Shown here piece by piece: positions 47,156 to 56,443 of a stretch of DNA of 64,000 nt. Where the stretch lies: positions 5,826 through 69,825 of the forward strand of contig CALXPT010000006.1 of the NCBI GenBank assembly GCA_944390355.1, given 5' to 3'. The notes below the pieces were generated by a model. That model saw only the letters and a list, made by a program, of their open reading frames with translations, did no database searches and was not told where the DNA came from. The DNA is from an uncultured Alphaproteobacteria bacterium (GTDB lineage: Bacteria > Pseudomonadota > Alphaproteobacteria > RF32 > CAG-239). Numbering within the stretch: the stretch's first letter is position 1; each line of letters opens with the position of its first letter. Both the position numbers and the translations under genes were made by a program.

Positions 47156-48508
47156 CTAAAAAGCTAGGACCGGGCGAACGTACTCGCTATAGTCGTTCTT
47201 ATCGTAGCCGTACACGTAATCGCCTCTGAAACTCAAATTCCACGCGAGGTTGCCTGAATGCTCGGAAGAAGACCAATACCAATCTGGCTCCAATTTTGTT
47301 CCGCCGATTTTTCCTAACGCTATATTCAATACATCCTTATTACCACGTATAGCGTTTAATTCACCAAAAGCCGGCAAATACCAATCTCCGGCTATTGTTC
47401 CTTCTGTTTTATAGCTGTTCACATACTCAAATGCAGGACAACTCTTCCCATTCGCCTTACAATACTCCAACACTACCCTCGTATTGTTTTTACCTTGCCA
47501 ATCCGCTGTAACCGCTGATCGCGATGTTATATTACTCAACCCCGGAACATCAAAATAATCTGGAAATGACCAATATTGTCGAGATTCCTCCAACGCTATC
47601 GCTAAACGATTCTCTTCATCAAACACCACACCGATTGGTGTTTTATCAGAAATAACGTCAGGTGAGCAACTTCTGTCCGAATATAATATATCTCCGATTT
47701 TGCAATCGCAGTAATCGGCGGTTATGATGTATAAATTTGAGCATTCTTCATAAGTGCAGACCATGCACGGCGGACATTCGCTCTCTGTGCCGAGGTTCGG
47801 GCATGGTTCACATTCCGAACACAGGGTTGTATTGCCGCTTTGACAAGTGCTAGCGCCGTCCTCGCAGCCCATTTCCCCGCAATCCAAATATCCGGTGCAG
47901 TCTTTCTCTTTGATTTTGTATAAGTCGCCATCACAAGATTTGCATGGTTCGCCGTCAGTTTCATAACCAGAGGGAATTTCATCTAAGCTATATTGATATT
48001 CTGCCGAACATGACGGATTACAGCAGTCTTCATACAAATCATTGCCGCAAACCTCTCCGACACCTTTTAATGGCGGTTCGCAGGTCTTGTAATCACTCGG
48101 GCAGTCCGGAATACATTCGGCAAAATATTTGTTATTCAGCGGACAATATTTATTAGGCTTATAACCGCTCGGACATGAGGTTTTGGTAAAACCCATTTCA
48201 ATACAACTGTTATCACCGCCACCGCCCCCAGGGGGAACAACTTCCGGCGTACCGCCTTCCAAATCCGTACCGACAAAGTCCGCCCCGCCGCAATCTTCCG
48301 TATCAGTTATCCAGCACACCTGTGCAACTTTAATCTCTTGCCGCTCACTAAAACTCGGCGGAGACAAGTAAACTTCAGAAAAGAGGTGTGTGTGAAGTGT
48401 GTGAACAAATGTAATTTTTTCTGAAGGAAGGGAAATATCGGCTCTCACATCCGGCGCAAAAATCGCAACCGAAGATAATAGCCCAAACAACAAATAAACC
48501 TTGTTCAT
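47156..48508 (-). CDS. Secreted Cys-rich protein with an EGF/furin-like Cys-rich central region and a C-terminal DUF1566 (Lcl C-terminal-like) domain
   Basis: Signal peptide 'MNKVYLLFGLLSSVAIFAPDVRA' (ATG 48508, SD aagga). About 50 Cys in 'CPSGYKPNKYCP...CEPCPNLGTESECPPCMVC'. The C-terminus 'DWYLPAFGELNAI...DWYWSSSEHSGNLAWNLSFRGDYVYGYDKNDYSEYVRPV' matches the DUF1566 consensus. Confidence 0.7.
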   Translation of the reverse strand: MNKVYLLFGLLSSVAIFAPDVRADISLPSEKITFVHTLHTHLFSEVYLSPPSFSERQEIKVAQVCWITDTEDCGGADFVGTDLEGGTPEVVPPGGGGGDNSCIEMGFTKTSCPSGYKPNKYCPLNNKYFAECIPDCPSDYKTCEPPLKGVGEVCGNDLYEDCCNPSCSAEYQYSLDEIPSGYETDGEPCKSCDGDLYKIKEKDCTGYLDCGEMGCEDGASTCQSGNTTLCSECEPCPNLGTESECPPCMVCTYEECSNLYIITADYCDCKIGDILYSDRSCSPDVISDKTPIGVVFDEENRLAIALEESRQYWSFPDYFDVPGLSNITSRSAVTADWQGKNNTRVVLEYCKANGKSCPAFEYVNSYKTEGTIAGDWYLPAFGELNAIRGNKDVLNIALGKIGGTKLEPDWYWSSSEHSGNLAWNLSFRGDYVYGYDKNDYSEYVRPVLAF

Positions 48509-48668
48509 GATAAAAGTCCTTTCGATATTACTTATCTCCACGACTCGTATTATACCACAAGAAAAAAATCCTTTCAATAGAAATTTTCGAGGTTTTCCGC
48601 GGGTTTGCACGAAGTGTTTTGCAAAAAAAACTCCCTTTGGGAATAACATCACCAAAGGGAGTCTGCAC

Positions 48669-49250
48669 TTAAAACTTTAACCGAAACATCGGCCAAACAC
48701 GACATTTCCTATCCAACGGAACAAATCCAAAACCAAAATTATAACCGACACCTGCCAACCAAACCGGATAGAGACATTGTCCTGAAGCCGTCCAATACAT
48801 CGCACCGCAATCCATAGCCGGAGTATCGATTCTCTTCAAACTATCAGAAATAACATCCAAATGCCCGAGCGATAACATAAACTCACGCTTGCTTGGCAAA
48901 AAAACTTCGTTGACACAACAAACAGTAGACTGAAAATCCAAACAAAACCGAACCGCCTCAGCCCGTTTGCCTTGTTCCTTCGCTTGTTCGGCAATAAGCT
49001 TGGTCGCACGATACCCATCCAACTTCTCCCAATCATCACAAAAATTTATTCCATCAGATGAAAAGGGAAGCTCAACTTGCCTCAAAGCCCAACAAAAACA
49101 CTCATGTTTCCGCTTAAAGGCTACCACGCCGCAAATTTCGGCATCTCGTTTAACCGGTTTTTGGGAAATAAAACCATCGGAATAACAATACATCCCCGGA
49201 AAAATCCATTTTTTCCAAAAGACAAACTTAGCAAAAAAATTTTTATTCAT
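48669..49250 (-). CDS. DUF1566-like protein (paralog; no obvious signal peptide)
   Basis: 'EVFLPSKREFMLS' (an LP..EL block) and 'AMYWTASGQ..YPVWLAGVGYNFGFGFVPLDRKCRVWPM' parallel the DUF1566 C-terminal block of the neighbouring gene. Confidence 0.5.
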   Translation of the reverse strand: MNKNFFAKFVFWKKWIFPGMYCYSDGFISQKPVKRDAEICGVVAFKRKHECFCWALRQVELPFSSDGINFCDDWEKLDGYRATKLIAEQAKEQGKRAEAVRFCLDFQSTVCCVNEVFLPSKREFMLSLGHLDVISDSLKRIDTPAMDCGAMYWTASGQCLYPVWLAGVGYNFGFGFVPLDRKCRVWPMFRLKF

Positions 49251-49314
49251 AATAATTAAAGATAAATATAGAAAAACAAAGCAAAGCTAACACTTTTACA
49301 ATTTTTGTCAAGTT

Positions 49315-49875
49315 TTAATCTTCGGGACTAAAATCCATAACCTTTTTAACCACATCATAATCAAAACCTGCTCGTGCAAGAACCGCCATATCTTTTTGAA
49401 AATAATCACTTTTATTTTTCTCCTGACGAAAAGGACCGATATGCTTTTTACGCGCCAATTTCAACGCATTTTCAAAAGGATTAAAATTCTGAGCCGCCAA
49501 AACTTCATCAACAACAGTTTCATCAACACCTTTTTCCGCCATTTTGAGCCGAATATATTTCTCAGACTTACCGGCATTCAAATAATCTTGAATTTTCAGT
49601 TTAGCAAAACGCATATCGTCAATATATTGATAGCGCACGCAATCCTGCAAGATTTCCTCAATCCAAACATAAGCCGCAGCCCTGTCAAACTCGGGAAAAT
49701 AAAAGGCATAATTATCCACGCGCCTTTTCAAAACCTCTCTGAGCTTGGCTTGAGTAGTTTCGAAACGCTGCAAATAATAAAGTGCAATATTTTTAAGCCT
49801 GTCTTTCGTAATTTTCCGCAACCGAACATTAGGTTTCTTTTCATCGACATCATATGACACTTGCAAATTCCTCAA
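49315..49875 (-). CDS. recX: Recombination regulator RecX
   Basis: 186 aa, three-helix repeats. 'LKNIALYYLQRFETTQAKLREVLKRR' is RecX-like. Confidence 0.8.
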   Translation of the reverse strand: MRNLQVSYDVDEKKPNVRLRKITKDRLKNIALYYLQRFETTQAKLREVLKRRVDNYAFYFPEFDRAAAYVWIEEILQDCVRYQYIDDMRFAKLKIQDYLNAGKSEKYIRLKMAEKGVDETVVDEVLAAQNFNPFENALKLARKKHIGPFRQEKNKSDYFQKDMAVLARAGFDYDVVKKVMDFSPED

Positions 49876-49925
49876 ATATTATCTAAATAAAATAGCAAGA
49901 AAGATTATAAATAAGGAAACAACAA

Positions 49926-50843
49926 ATGAATAACAAAAATTTTGACACTTGTGCATCATTCCATATAAATAACGGAGCATTTTACGGCCGCTTGATAAGA
50001 TTAAACAACGTCATCAACGAGATAATAGCCAAACACAACTACCCGCAAACAGTCAATGGAATAATTGCCGAATGCACGGCCTTAGCCGCTCTTTTAGCAA
50101 GTACGATAAAATATGACGGTCTTTTCACATTACAAACCAAAAGCGACGGACCGGTCGGTATGGTTGTAGTAGATGTCTCATCAGAAGGCAAAATTCGTGC
50201 CTGTGCCGAATATGACGAAGACAGAATCAATGCCGCCAAGGCTCTTCGCAAGACCCAAAACGAACATGAAGAAACGCCGCACTTTTTAGGCCACGGCTAT
50301 CTTGCCTTCACGGTAGACCAAGGCGGCCCCGATAAGCTATATCAAGGAATAGTTGACATACAAGGCAAAACCTTATCCGAATGTGCAATGCGCTACTTCA
50401 AGCAATCCGAACAAATAGACACCTTTATAAAGCTGTTTCTGCATGAACCGCAAACCCCTGAAGGTCAGTGGTTTTCAGCCGGAATTTTGCTGCAAAAACT
50501 CCCCTTTGCCGGTGGCAAAATTAATAAGACGACAGATATTAACGAAGATTGGAACGAAGCAGTCGTTTTCATGGACAGCCTGCAAGCCGACGAAGTATTT
50601 AATGCCGAACTCACGGGACAAGAATTGCTCCACCGACTTTATCACGCGCATAAATTGGAAGTAGAACAAACCAAAGATTACAGCTTTGCCTGCCGCTGCA
50701 ACCGCGAAAAACTTCAAGCCGTATTATCATCAATTTCACCCGAAGAACTGGATTCGTTAATAGAAAACGGGCGCATTACCGCCGAATGCCATTTTTGCGG
50801 AGAAAAATACAGTTTTGAAAAAGGGGAATTAATCAAACAATAA
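49926..50843 (+). CDS. hslO: Redox-regulated chaperone Hsp33
   Basis: C-terminal zinc centre 'CRCNREK...CHFCGEKY' (CxC...CxxC). 305 aa. Confidence 0.9.
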   Translation: MNNKNFDTCASFHINNGAFYGRLIRLNNVINEIIAKHNYPQTVNGIIAECTALAALLASTIKYDGLFTLQTKSDGPVGMVVVDVSSEGKIRACAEYDEDRINAAKALRKTQNEHEETPHFLGHGYLAFTVDQGGPDKLYQGIVDIQGKTLSECAMRYFKQSEQIDTFIKLFLHEPQTPEGQWFSAGILLQKLPFAGGKINKTTDINEDWNEAVVFMDSLQADEVFNAELTGQELLHRLYHAHKLEVEQTKDYSFACRCNREKLQAVLSSISPEELDSLIENGRITAECHFCGEKYSFEKGELIKQ

Positions 50844-50919
50844 CACTTTTTTAATCAATCATTGATAAAATAAGCTAAAATTCTAAAGAACAATAATCGT
50901 AACTGAATGGAAAAAACGC

Positions 50920-51531
50920 ATGTTCAAAAAAATTTTAGCATCATTGGCGTTAATAGCTCTGGTTTCCGGTTGCGCCGGAATCAGAGATGACATGGCCGAA
51001 CCAAGCCGTTATGAAGACATCAACTTCACCAACCAAACGCCAATCAAATTAAAAGTCAGCAAGATTGATATTATTTCGGAATTTGTTCCCTCGTTTAAGA
51101 GACCGAATGTTGAGCATTTATTGCCGATATCAATTGAAAAAACGGCGCGCACATGGGCAGAACAACGCCTAGACGCGGTAGATTTTGGCTCTAACAAGGT
51201 AGCAAAATTCATCATTAAAGATGCCTCTGTAACGGAAGAAAACATCAAGATTGATGATATGTTCAAAGCCGACCGCATAAAATACAATGCAAGATTGGTC
51301 GTAACAATACAAATTGCCGATCCCGAAAATTTTTCCATAGCCGAAACCACGATTGAAGCATGGCGGGAGCTGACAATACCGGCCAACACCGACATTGATG
51401 AAAAAGAGAGATATTGGAACACAATGGTACGCAAACTCTTCACGGAATTTAATACCAGTATGGAAAGAAACATTCATCAATACTTAAATATGTACGTTGC
51501 CGAAAGCACCCACATACAAGAGTTCAATTAG
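50920..51531 (+). CDS. Lipoprotein, unknown function
   Basis: Signal plus lipobox 'LIALVSGCAG'. 203 aa. Confidence 0.55.
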   Translation: MFKKILASLALIALVSGCAGIRDDMAEPSRYEDINFTNQTPIKLKVSKIDIISEFVPSFKRPNVEHLLPISIEKTARTWAEQRLDAVDFGSNKVAKFIIKDASVTEENIKIDDMFKADRIKYNARLVVTIQIADPENFSIAETTIEAWRELTIPANTDIDEKERYWNTMVRKLFTEFNTSMERNIHQYLNMYVAESTHIQEFN

Positions 51532-51598
51532 ATTAAAGAGCAACAAAAAAATCCCCTAAGCCTTCTGCTTAAGGGGATTTTTAATATAATAAACAATC

Positions 51599-52024
51599 TT
51601 AATTCATGGCACGAGAAATTTCCTCCGGCACTGCCCCCAACAAAAAGGTCGGCACCCGAACATCTTCCATCACACCGCGGCTTTCTTTAACAACTTTACA
51701 ACTGCCGTAAAAAACGGCACTTGGAGTCGAAATCGGAGCCACACTGGAAAATTCGTAATATTCCCCCGGTTCAAGGGTAGGAATTTCCCCCTTAAAGCCA
51801 AAAGAATCATCACAAAAAGAATTACCTTTAGCATCAGTAATATTCCAATGTTTACCGACCAGTTGAATGGTTTCAGAAGAATTATTTTCAATACAAAGAT
51901 AATAACCGAAAACAAATTTATCTCTGTTTTCGCGGTCTTTCTCATCTTCGCTGAGTTCTTTAAAGCACGCCGAAATAACAATATCATCCGTAGCGCTTGT
52001 AACATAATTTTCTTCGCCTAACAT
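51599..52024 (-). CDS. apaG: ApaG (DUF525) domain protein
   Basis: 'FGYYLCIENNSSETIQLVGKHWNITDAKGNSFCDDSFGFKGEIPTLEPGEYYEFSS' fits the ApaG consensus. Start 'MLGEEN' at 52024 with SD gaggatgag. Confidence 0.75.
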   Translation of the reverse strand: MLGEENYVTSATDDIVISACFKELSEDEKDRENRDKFVFGYYLCIENNSSETIQLVGKHWNITDAKGNSFCDDSFGFKGEIPTLEPGEYYEFSSVAPISTPSAVFYGSCKVVKESRGVMEDVRVPTFLLGAVPEEISRAMN

Positions 52025-52190
52025 TTTCTCATCCTCGCTAAAGAAATTACAGTTAGATTTTAAATGAAAAAAACAAGCAATCAACGAGATAAAAAGTTGT
52101 TAACAGGATTTATCCCCACCTATTTAACATCTCAAAAAAACCATTGATTTTTCAAAAAGACATAATATGAAAGGAAAATATCGATTCCAT

Positions 52191-52226
52191 AAAAAAGAAG
52201 GAAAAACCATAACCGATCTTTCCTTC
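52191..52226 (-). terminator. Terminator of carD
   Basis: Stem gaaggaaa / tttccttc with a 13-nt loop and an adjacent T-run on the minus strand. Confidence 0.5.
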
Positions 52227-52247
52227 TTTAATAAACACAAAAAAAAT

Positions 52248-52757
52248 TTATTTTGCTAACACATCAACCAACTGATTAGTAGCTTCTTCAGCCGAAATAT
52301 CGTGGCAAACGGCATATTCATTGGCCAAACGCCCCAATGCCTGTTCATAAATCTGGCGTTCACTGTAAGACTGTTCGGCCAAATTATCCTTACGATATAA
52401 ATCACGTACCACTTCGGCAATCGCAATCGGGTTACCGGAGTTAATTTTATTTTCATATTCTTGAGCGCGGCGAGACCACATAATTTTCTTAACCTTAGCC
52501 TTGCCTTTCAACACATTAACAGCGTTATCCATGGTAGATGCCTCTGAAATTTTGCGCAAACCAATTGTGTCTGCCTTGGCCATTGGAATACGCAGGGTCA
52601 TTTTATCCTTATCGAAATTAACAACAATCAATTCGAGTTCGGAGCCGGCAATTTTCTGCTTAGCAATATCGGCAACTTTGCCTACCCCGTGAGCAGGGTA
52701 CACAACATATTCGCCAGAATTAAAAGCAATACCGGAAGAAGATTTTTTATTCATCAC
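52248..52757 (-). CDS. carD: CarD/CdnL family RNA-polymerase-binding transcription factor
   Basis: 'FNSGEYVVYPAHGVGKVADI...ELIVVNFDKDKMTLRIP' is a CarD/TRCF-like N-terminal domain. 169 aa. Confidence 0.85.
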   Translation of the reverse strand: MMNKKSSSGIAFNSGEYVVYPAHGVGKVADIAKQKIAGSELELIVVNFDKDKMTLRIPMAKADTIGLRKISEASTMDNAVNVLKGKAKVKKIMWSRRAQEYENKINSGNPIAIAEVVRDLYRKDNLAEQSYSERQIYEQALGRLANEYAVCHDISAEEATNQLVDVLAK

Positions 52758-52953
52758 AACTCCCTGATATATTTTTATTGGTTACGGCGTTGAGTGTTTC
52801 GAAAGAAGTCGCCCAACCCCACTGACGCGGATAACATACCACATTTTTCACCTTAAATCTAGCCCTAAAATGCATTATTTTGTCAAAAAAACACATTTTT
52901 TTGCCTTAAGGCTTATTTTTCAATAAAAAAATATTTAAATTTTTCAAAATTTT

Positions 52954-53493
52954 CTAATAAGATGGATAATCGGTAATAGTCGGCTGAGGCAAAGCTTCAA
53001 TTTTTTCGACATCCGTATCGGGATAAGACTGTACGTCATAAACACGCCCGTCAGATTCGTAAAGCGTATTTTCAATCTGATTATTTAAAGCCGCCGGATT
53101 AGGCTCTTGAGAAACGCTTGGATTCTGCACTTCATTATCTTGAACCACATTAGACGGAGCTACTTCCACATTCGGAGTCGTTGGCGAAGAGGATTCATCT
53201 TGCATATTGGTATTGCTCGTTGTTGGAGAGTTCGAAGAAGAATCATCACCGACAATCGGATTTCCGAGCGGGTTCTCTGAGCTTGATTGTTCAAGCAAAA
53301 CCGCTTCGGTTGTACCATCCGAATTTTCAGCCTCACCAAACACAACGACACTGCTTTGCCCCTGAGATTGAGAAGTTTCCTTATTTTGAGAACTTTGAGA
53401 GGCATCGGCAGCATTTTGTACTTGAGCAAACGAGTTTGCACTCCCTAAAGACAAGGTCATAACCGCCACGGCACTTAACAACATATAACGCAT
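52954..53493 (-). CDS. Secreted Ser/Thr/Asn/Gln-rich low-complexity protein
   Basis: Signal peptide 'MRYMLLSAVAVMTLSLGSANSFA', then about 150 aa of low-complexity S/T/N/Q/E sequence. Confidence 0.5.
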   Translation of the reverse strand: MRYMLLSAVAVMTLSLGSANSFAQVQNAADASQSSQNKETSQSQGQSSVVVFGEAENSDGTTEAVLLEQSSSENPLGNPIVGDDSSSNSPTTSNTNMQDESSSPTTPNVEVAPSNVVQDNEVQNPSVSQEPNPAALNNQIENTLYESDGRVYDVQSYPDTDVEKIEALPQPTITDYPSY

Positions 53494-53606
53494 AATTCAA
53501 ACCTCCTAAAAAAATAAATAAGAAAGATACCTTATAGATATAATCTTGAAAACGCACAAAAAAAGGGGCACAAAGCCCCTACATTATTTAGTTAAAGACA
53601 TACCGA

Positions 53607-54788
53607 TTAATGAATAAGCGCAACCGTATCTTTTGCAATCATAAACTCCTCATTAGTCGGAATAACATAAACCTTAACCTTTGAATCCGGAGTCGAAATT
53701 TCAACATCTTGACCGCGAATGGCATTCTGCGCCGCATCAAGCTTAATTCCAAGATAAGCCAACCGTTCACAAACCATTCGACGGACAAGCTGAGAATTTT
53801 CTCCGATTCCCGCGGTAAAGACAATGGCATCCACCCCGCCCATAACCGCAATATAAGAACCGATAAAACGCAAGATGGTGTGAACATAAATTTCCAAAGC
53901 GGCTTTAGCCTTGTCATCCCCTTCATTAAATTTTTTCTCAACATCACGGCTATCGGAATAACCGCAAATACCGAGCATACCGCTTTTTTTATTAAGCATA
54001 TCGTTCATCTCATCAACCGAAAGATTTTGATATTTCATAATATGCAAAGGAATATAAGGATCCAAATCACCGCTGCGCGTACCCATCATAATACCGGCCA
54101 AAGGTGTAAAGCCCATGGAAGTATCAACGCACTTACCATCAGCCACGGCAGAAATGGAAGCCCCGTTCCCCAAATGGCAGGTAACAAATTTGCCTTTACG
54201 CCCCAACATCTTGGCAGCCGCTTCGGACACATAGCGATGAGAAGTACCATGCGCTCCATAACGTCTGATTTGATATTTTTCATATTGTTCATAAGGCAAT
54301 GGATATAAGAAAGCCTCTCTTGGCATAGTCTGATGAAAAGCCGTATCAAAAGTCGCGACCTGAGCAATATGAGGCAAAGCTTTTTTAACGGCATTAATCC
54401 CCAAAACGGCGGCCGGATTATGCAAAGGAGCCATAATGGAAAGCTCGGAAATCTTGCGGATAACTTCATCATCAATCAAAACCGAGCGGTCAAAATAACT
54501 ACCGCCTTGCACGATTCTGTGTCCGACGGCGTCTAATTCATCCAAACTCTGCAAAACATTTTGGAGCAACAAACCCAAAACTTCTTTAATAGCCTCGTTA
54601 TGACTGGGAAGAGCAACCTTTTTTTCCTGAGTCTCTCCGCCTTTGACTTTAATGCTGACAAAAGACCCGTCGATTCCGATACGTTCGGCATTTCCTTTGG
54701 CAATAACATCATAACTATCACCCTCAACATTAAAAAGTTGATATTTTAATGAAGAAGAGCCCGAATTTAAAACCAAAATTTTTTTCAT
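53607..54788 (-). CDS. ackA: Acetate kinase
   Basis: 'ILVLNSGSSSLKYQLF' and 'VTCHLGNGASI'. Start 'MKKIL' at 54788 with SD ggag. Confidence 0.9.
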   Translation of the reverse strand: MKKILVLNSGSSSLKYQLFNVEGDSYDVIAKGNAERIGIDGSFVSIKVKGGETQEKKVALPSHNEAIKEVLGLLLQNVLQSLDELDAVGHRIVQGGSYFDRSVLIDDEVIRKISELSIMAPLHNPAAVLGINAVKKALPHIAQVATFDTAFHQTMPREAFLYPLPYEQYEKYQIRRYGAHGTSHRYVSEAAAKMLGRKGKFVTCHLGNGASISAVADGKCVDTSMGFTPLAGIMMGTRSGDLDPYIPLHIMKYQNLSVDEMNDMLNKKSGMLGICGYSDSRDVEKKFNEGDDKAKAALEIYVHTILRFIGSYIAVMGGVDAIVFTAGIGENSQLVRRMVCERLAYLGIKLDAAQNAIRGQDVEISTPDSKVKVYVIPTNEEFMIAKDTVALIH

Positions 54789-54815
54789 AAAAAACTCCAA
54801 AATCTAGAAATTACG

Positions 54816-55820
54816 TTAGTGCTGTGTCTGCATGGCGGTAATGGCAATCACGCCGACAATATCCTCAACCAAGGCCCCGCGCGACAAATCATTAACCGGC
54901 GCATTAAGACCTTGGAGCATCGGTCCATAGGCCTCACATCCTCCCAATCTCTGCAAAAGTTTATAGCCGATATTTCCGGCCTCCAAAGATGGAAAGACCA
55001 AAACTTTAGCTTGACCGGCAACATGACTGTCGGGAGCTTTTTTCTGTCCGACCACAACATTCAACGCGGCATCTGCCTGCATTTCGCCGTCAAGCTCGAT
55101 TCCCATATTTTTGTAATAATCGGAACTCAAATCGGCCAGAGCCAATTCGGTAGCACGTTTAACTTTGTCAACCCCATCGCCTTTTCCCGAACCGCGAGTA
55201 GAATAAGACAGCATCGCAACTTTAGGCTCGATTCCGAAATGAATGGCGCTTTCGGCAGCATCAAGAGCAATATCAGCCATTTCACGGTCGGTCGGATTAA
55301 TAACGATAGCGCAGTCCGAAAGCAAATAAGGCGTATCATTAGCCACCAAAATCAAACAAGAAGAAACCGAGCGACCTTTTTTGGCCGACTTAATAATCTG
55401 CAAAGCCGGACGAACGGTGTCCGCGGTTGAGTGGTTCGCACCGGACACCATTCCGTCTGCATGACCGGATTTAATCATCAAGGTGCCGAAATAATTGTAA
55501 TTAAGAGCAAGCTTACCGGCCTCTTCACGAGTTAAACCTTTTTCTTTGCGAAGTTCATAAAGCAAATCGGCATATTGAGACAAATGCGGAGAATTTTCAG
55601 GTTTAATGATTTCGATTCCCTCTAAGCTCCATCCTTTTTGGGCATAGTAATTTTTAATTTCATCCACGTTGCCCAAGATAACGATTTTAGCCACCTTTTC
55701 CGAAGCAATGATATGGGCGGCTTCCAAAATTCTCAAATCTTCCCCCTCCGGCAAAACAATAGTTTTATGAAGGGCTCTTGCCTTATCCATAAGGCTGATT
55801 AAATATTTAGAGTAAGACAT
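54816..55820 (-). CDS. pta: Phosphate acetyltransferase (short, PTA domain only)
   Basis: 334 aa. 'VLPEGEDLRILEAA' and 'MVSGANHSTADTVRPALQII'. Immediately upstream of ackA. Confidence 0.9.
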   Translation of the reverse strand: MSYSKYLISLMDKARALHKTIVLPEGEDLRILEAAHIIASEKVAKIVILGNVDEIKNYYAQKGWSLEGIEIIKPENSPHLSQYADLLYELRKEKGLTREEAGKLALNYNYFGTLMIKSGHADGMVSGANHSTADTVRPALQIIKSAKKGRSVSSCLILVANDTPYLLSDCAIVINPTDREMADIALDAAESAIHFGIEPKVAMLSYSTRGSGKGDGVDKVKRATELALADLSSDYYKNMGIELDGEMQADAALNVVVGQKKAPDSHVAGQAKVLVFPSLEAGNIGYKLLQRLGGCEAYGPMLQGLNAPVNDLSRGALVEDIVGVIAITAMQTQH

Positions 55821-56012
55821 AAAAAAAACCTATCAAAAAAAATCAAAAACTTCACAGCCAATCAAAAAAAACAAGATGACGGCTTTGATTAACCCGAATT
55901 AAACAATGTATAAGTTAAATTGTCCACAAAAAACTTTTGATTTTTTATTACAAATAGAATAACATCAACATAAATTTCGGAACAAGACCGAGATCCCAAA
56001 AAGGAAAAACAA

Positions 56013-56432
56013 ATGCAAGAAAGAACATTATCCATAATCAAACCGGACGCAACGGAGCGTAATATAACGGGTTTGGTTAATAGCATGATTGAAGCTGCCG
56101 GACTAAAAATCATCGCCCAAAAGATGATTCGGCTCACGCAAGAGCAAGCCCAAGAATTTTACGAGGAGCTAAAAGACAAAGCTTTTTTCGCAGGTATGAC
56201 GGCACAAATGTCCTCAGGGCCGATTATCGTACAGGTTTTGGAAGGAGAAGATGCAATAGCGCACTACCGCAAAATCATGGGCGCAACCAATCCGGCCGTT
56301 GCGGAAGAAGGAACGATTCGCAAAACTTATGCTCTTTCAATAGAAAAGAACACCGTTCATGGTTCGGATTCGCCACAATCCGCAGCTCGCGAAATTGCAT
56401 TTTTCTTTAATCATACGGAAATTGTCGGTTAG
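56013..56432 (+). CDS. ndk: Nucleoside diphosphate kinase
   Basis: '[11 protein letters not shown]', 'NTVHGSDS' (active-site His). 139 aa. Confidence 0.95.
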   Translation: MQERTLSIIKPDATERNITGLVNSMIEAAGLKIIAQKMIRLTQEQAQEFYEELKDKAFFAGMTAQMSSGPIIVQVLEGEDAIAHYRKIMGATNPAVAEEGTIRKTYALSIEKNTVHGSDSPQSAAREIAFFFNHTEIVG

Positions 56433-56443
56433 GAGATAAAATC

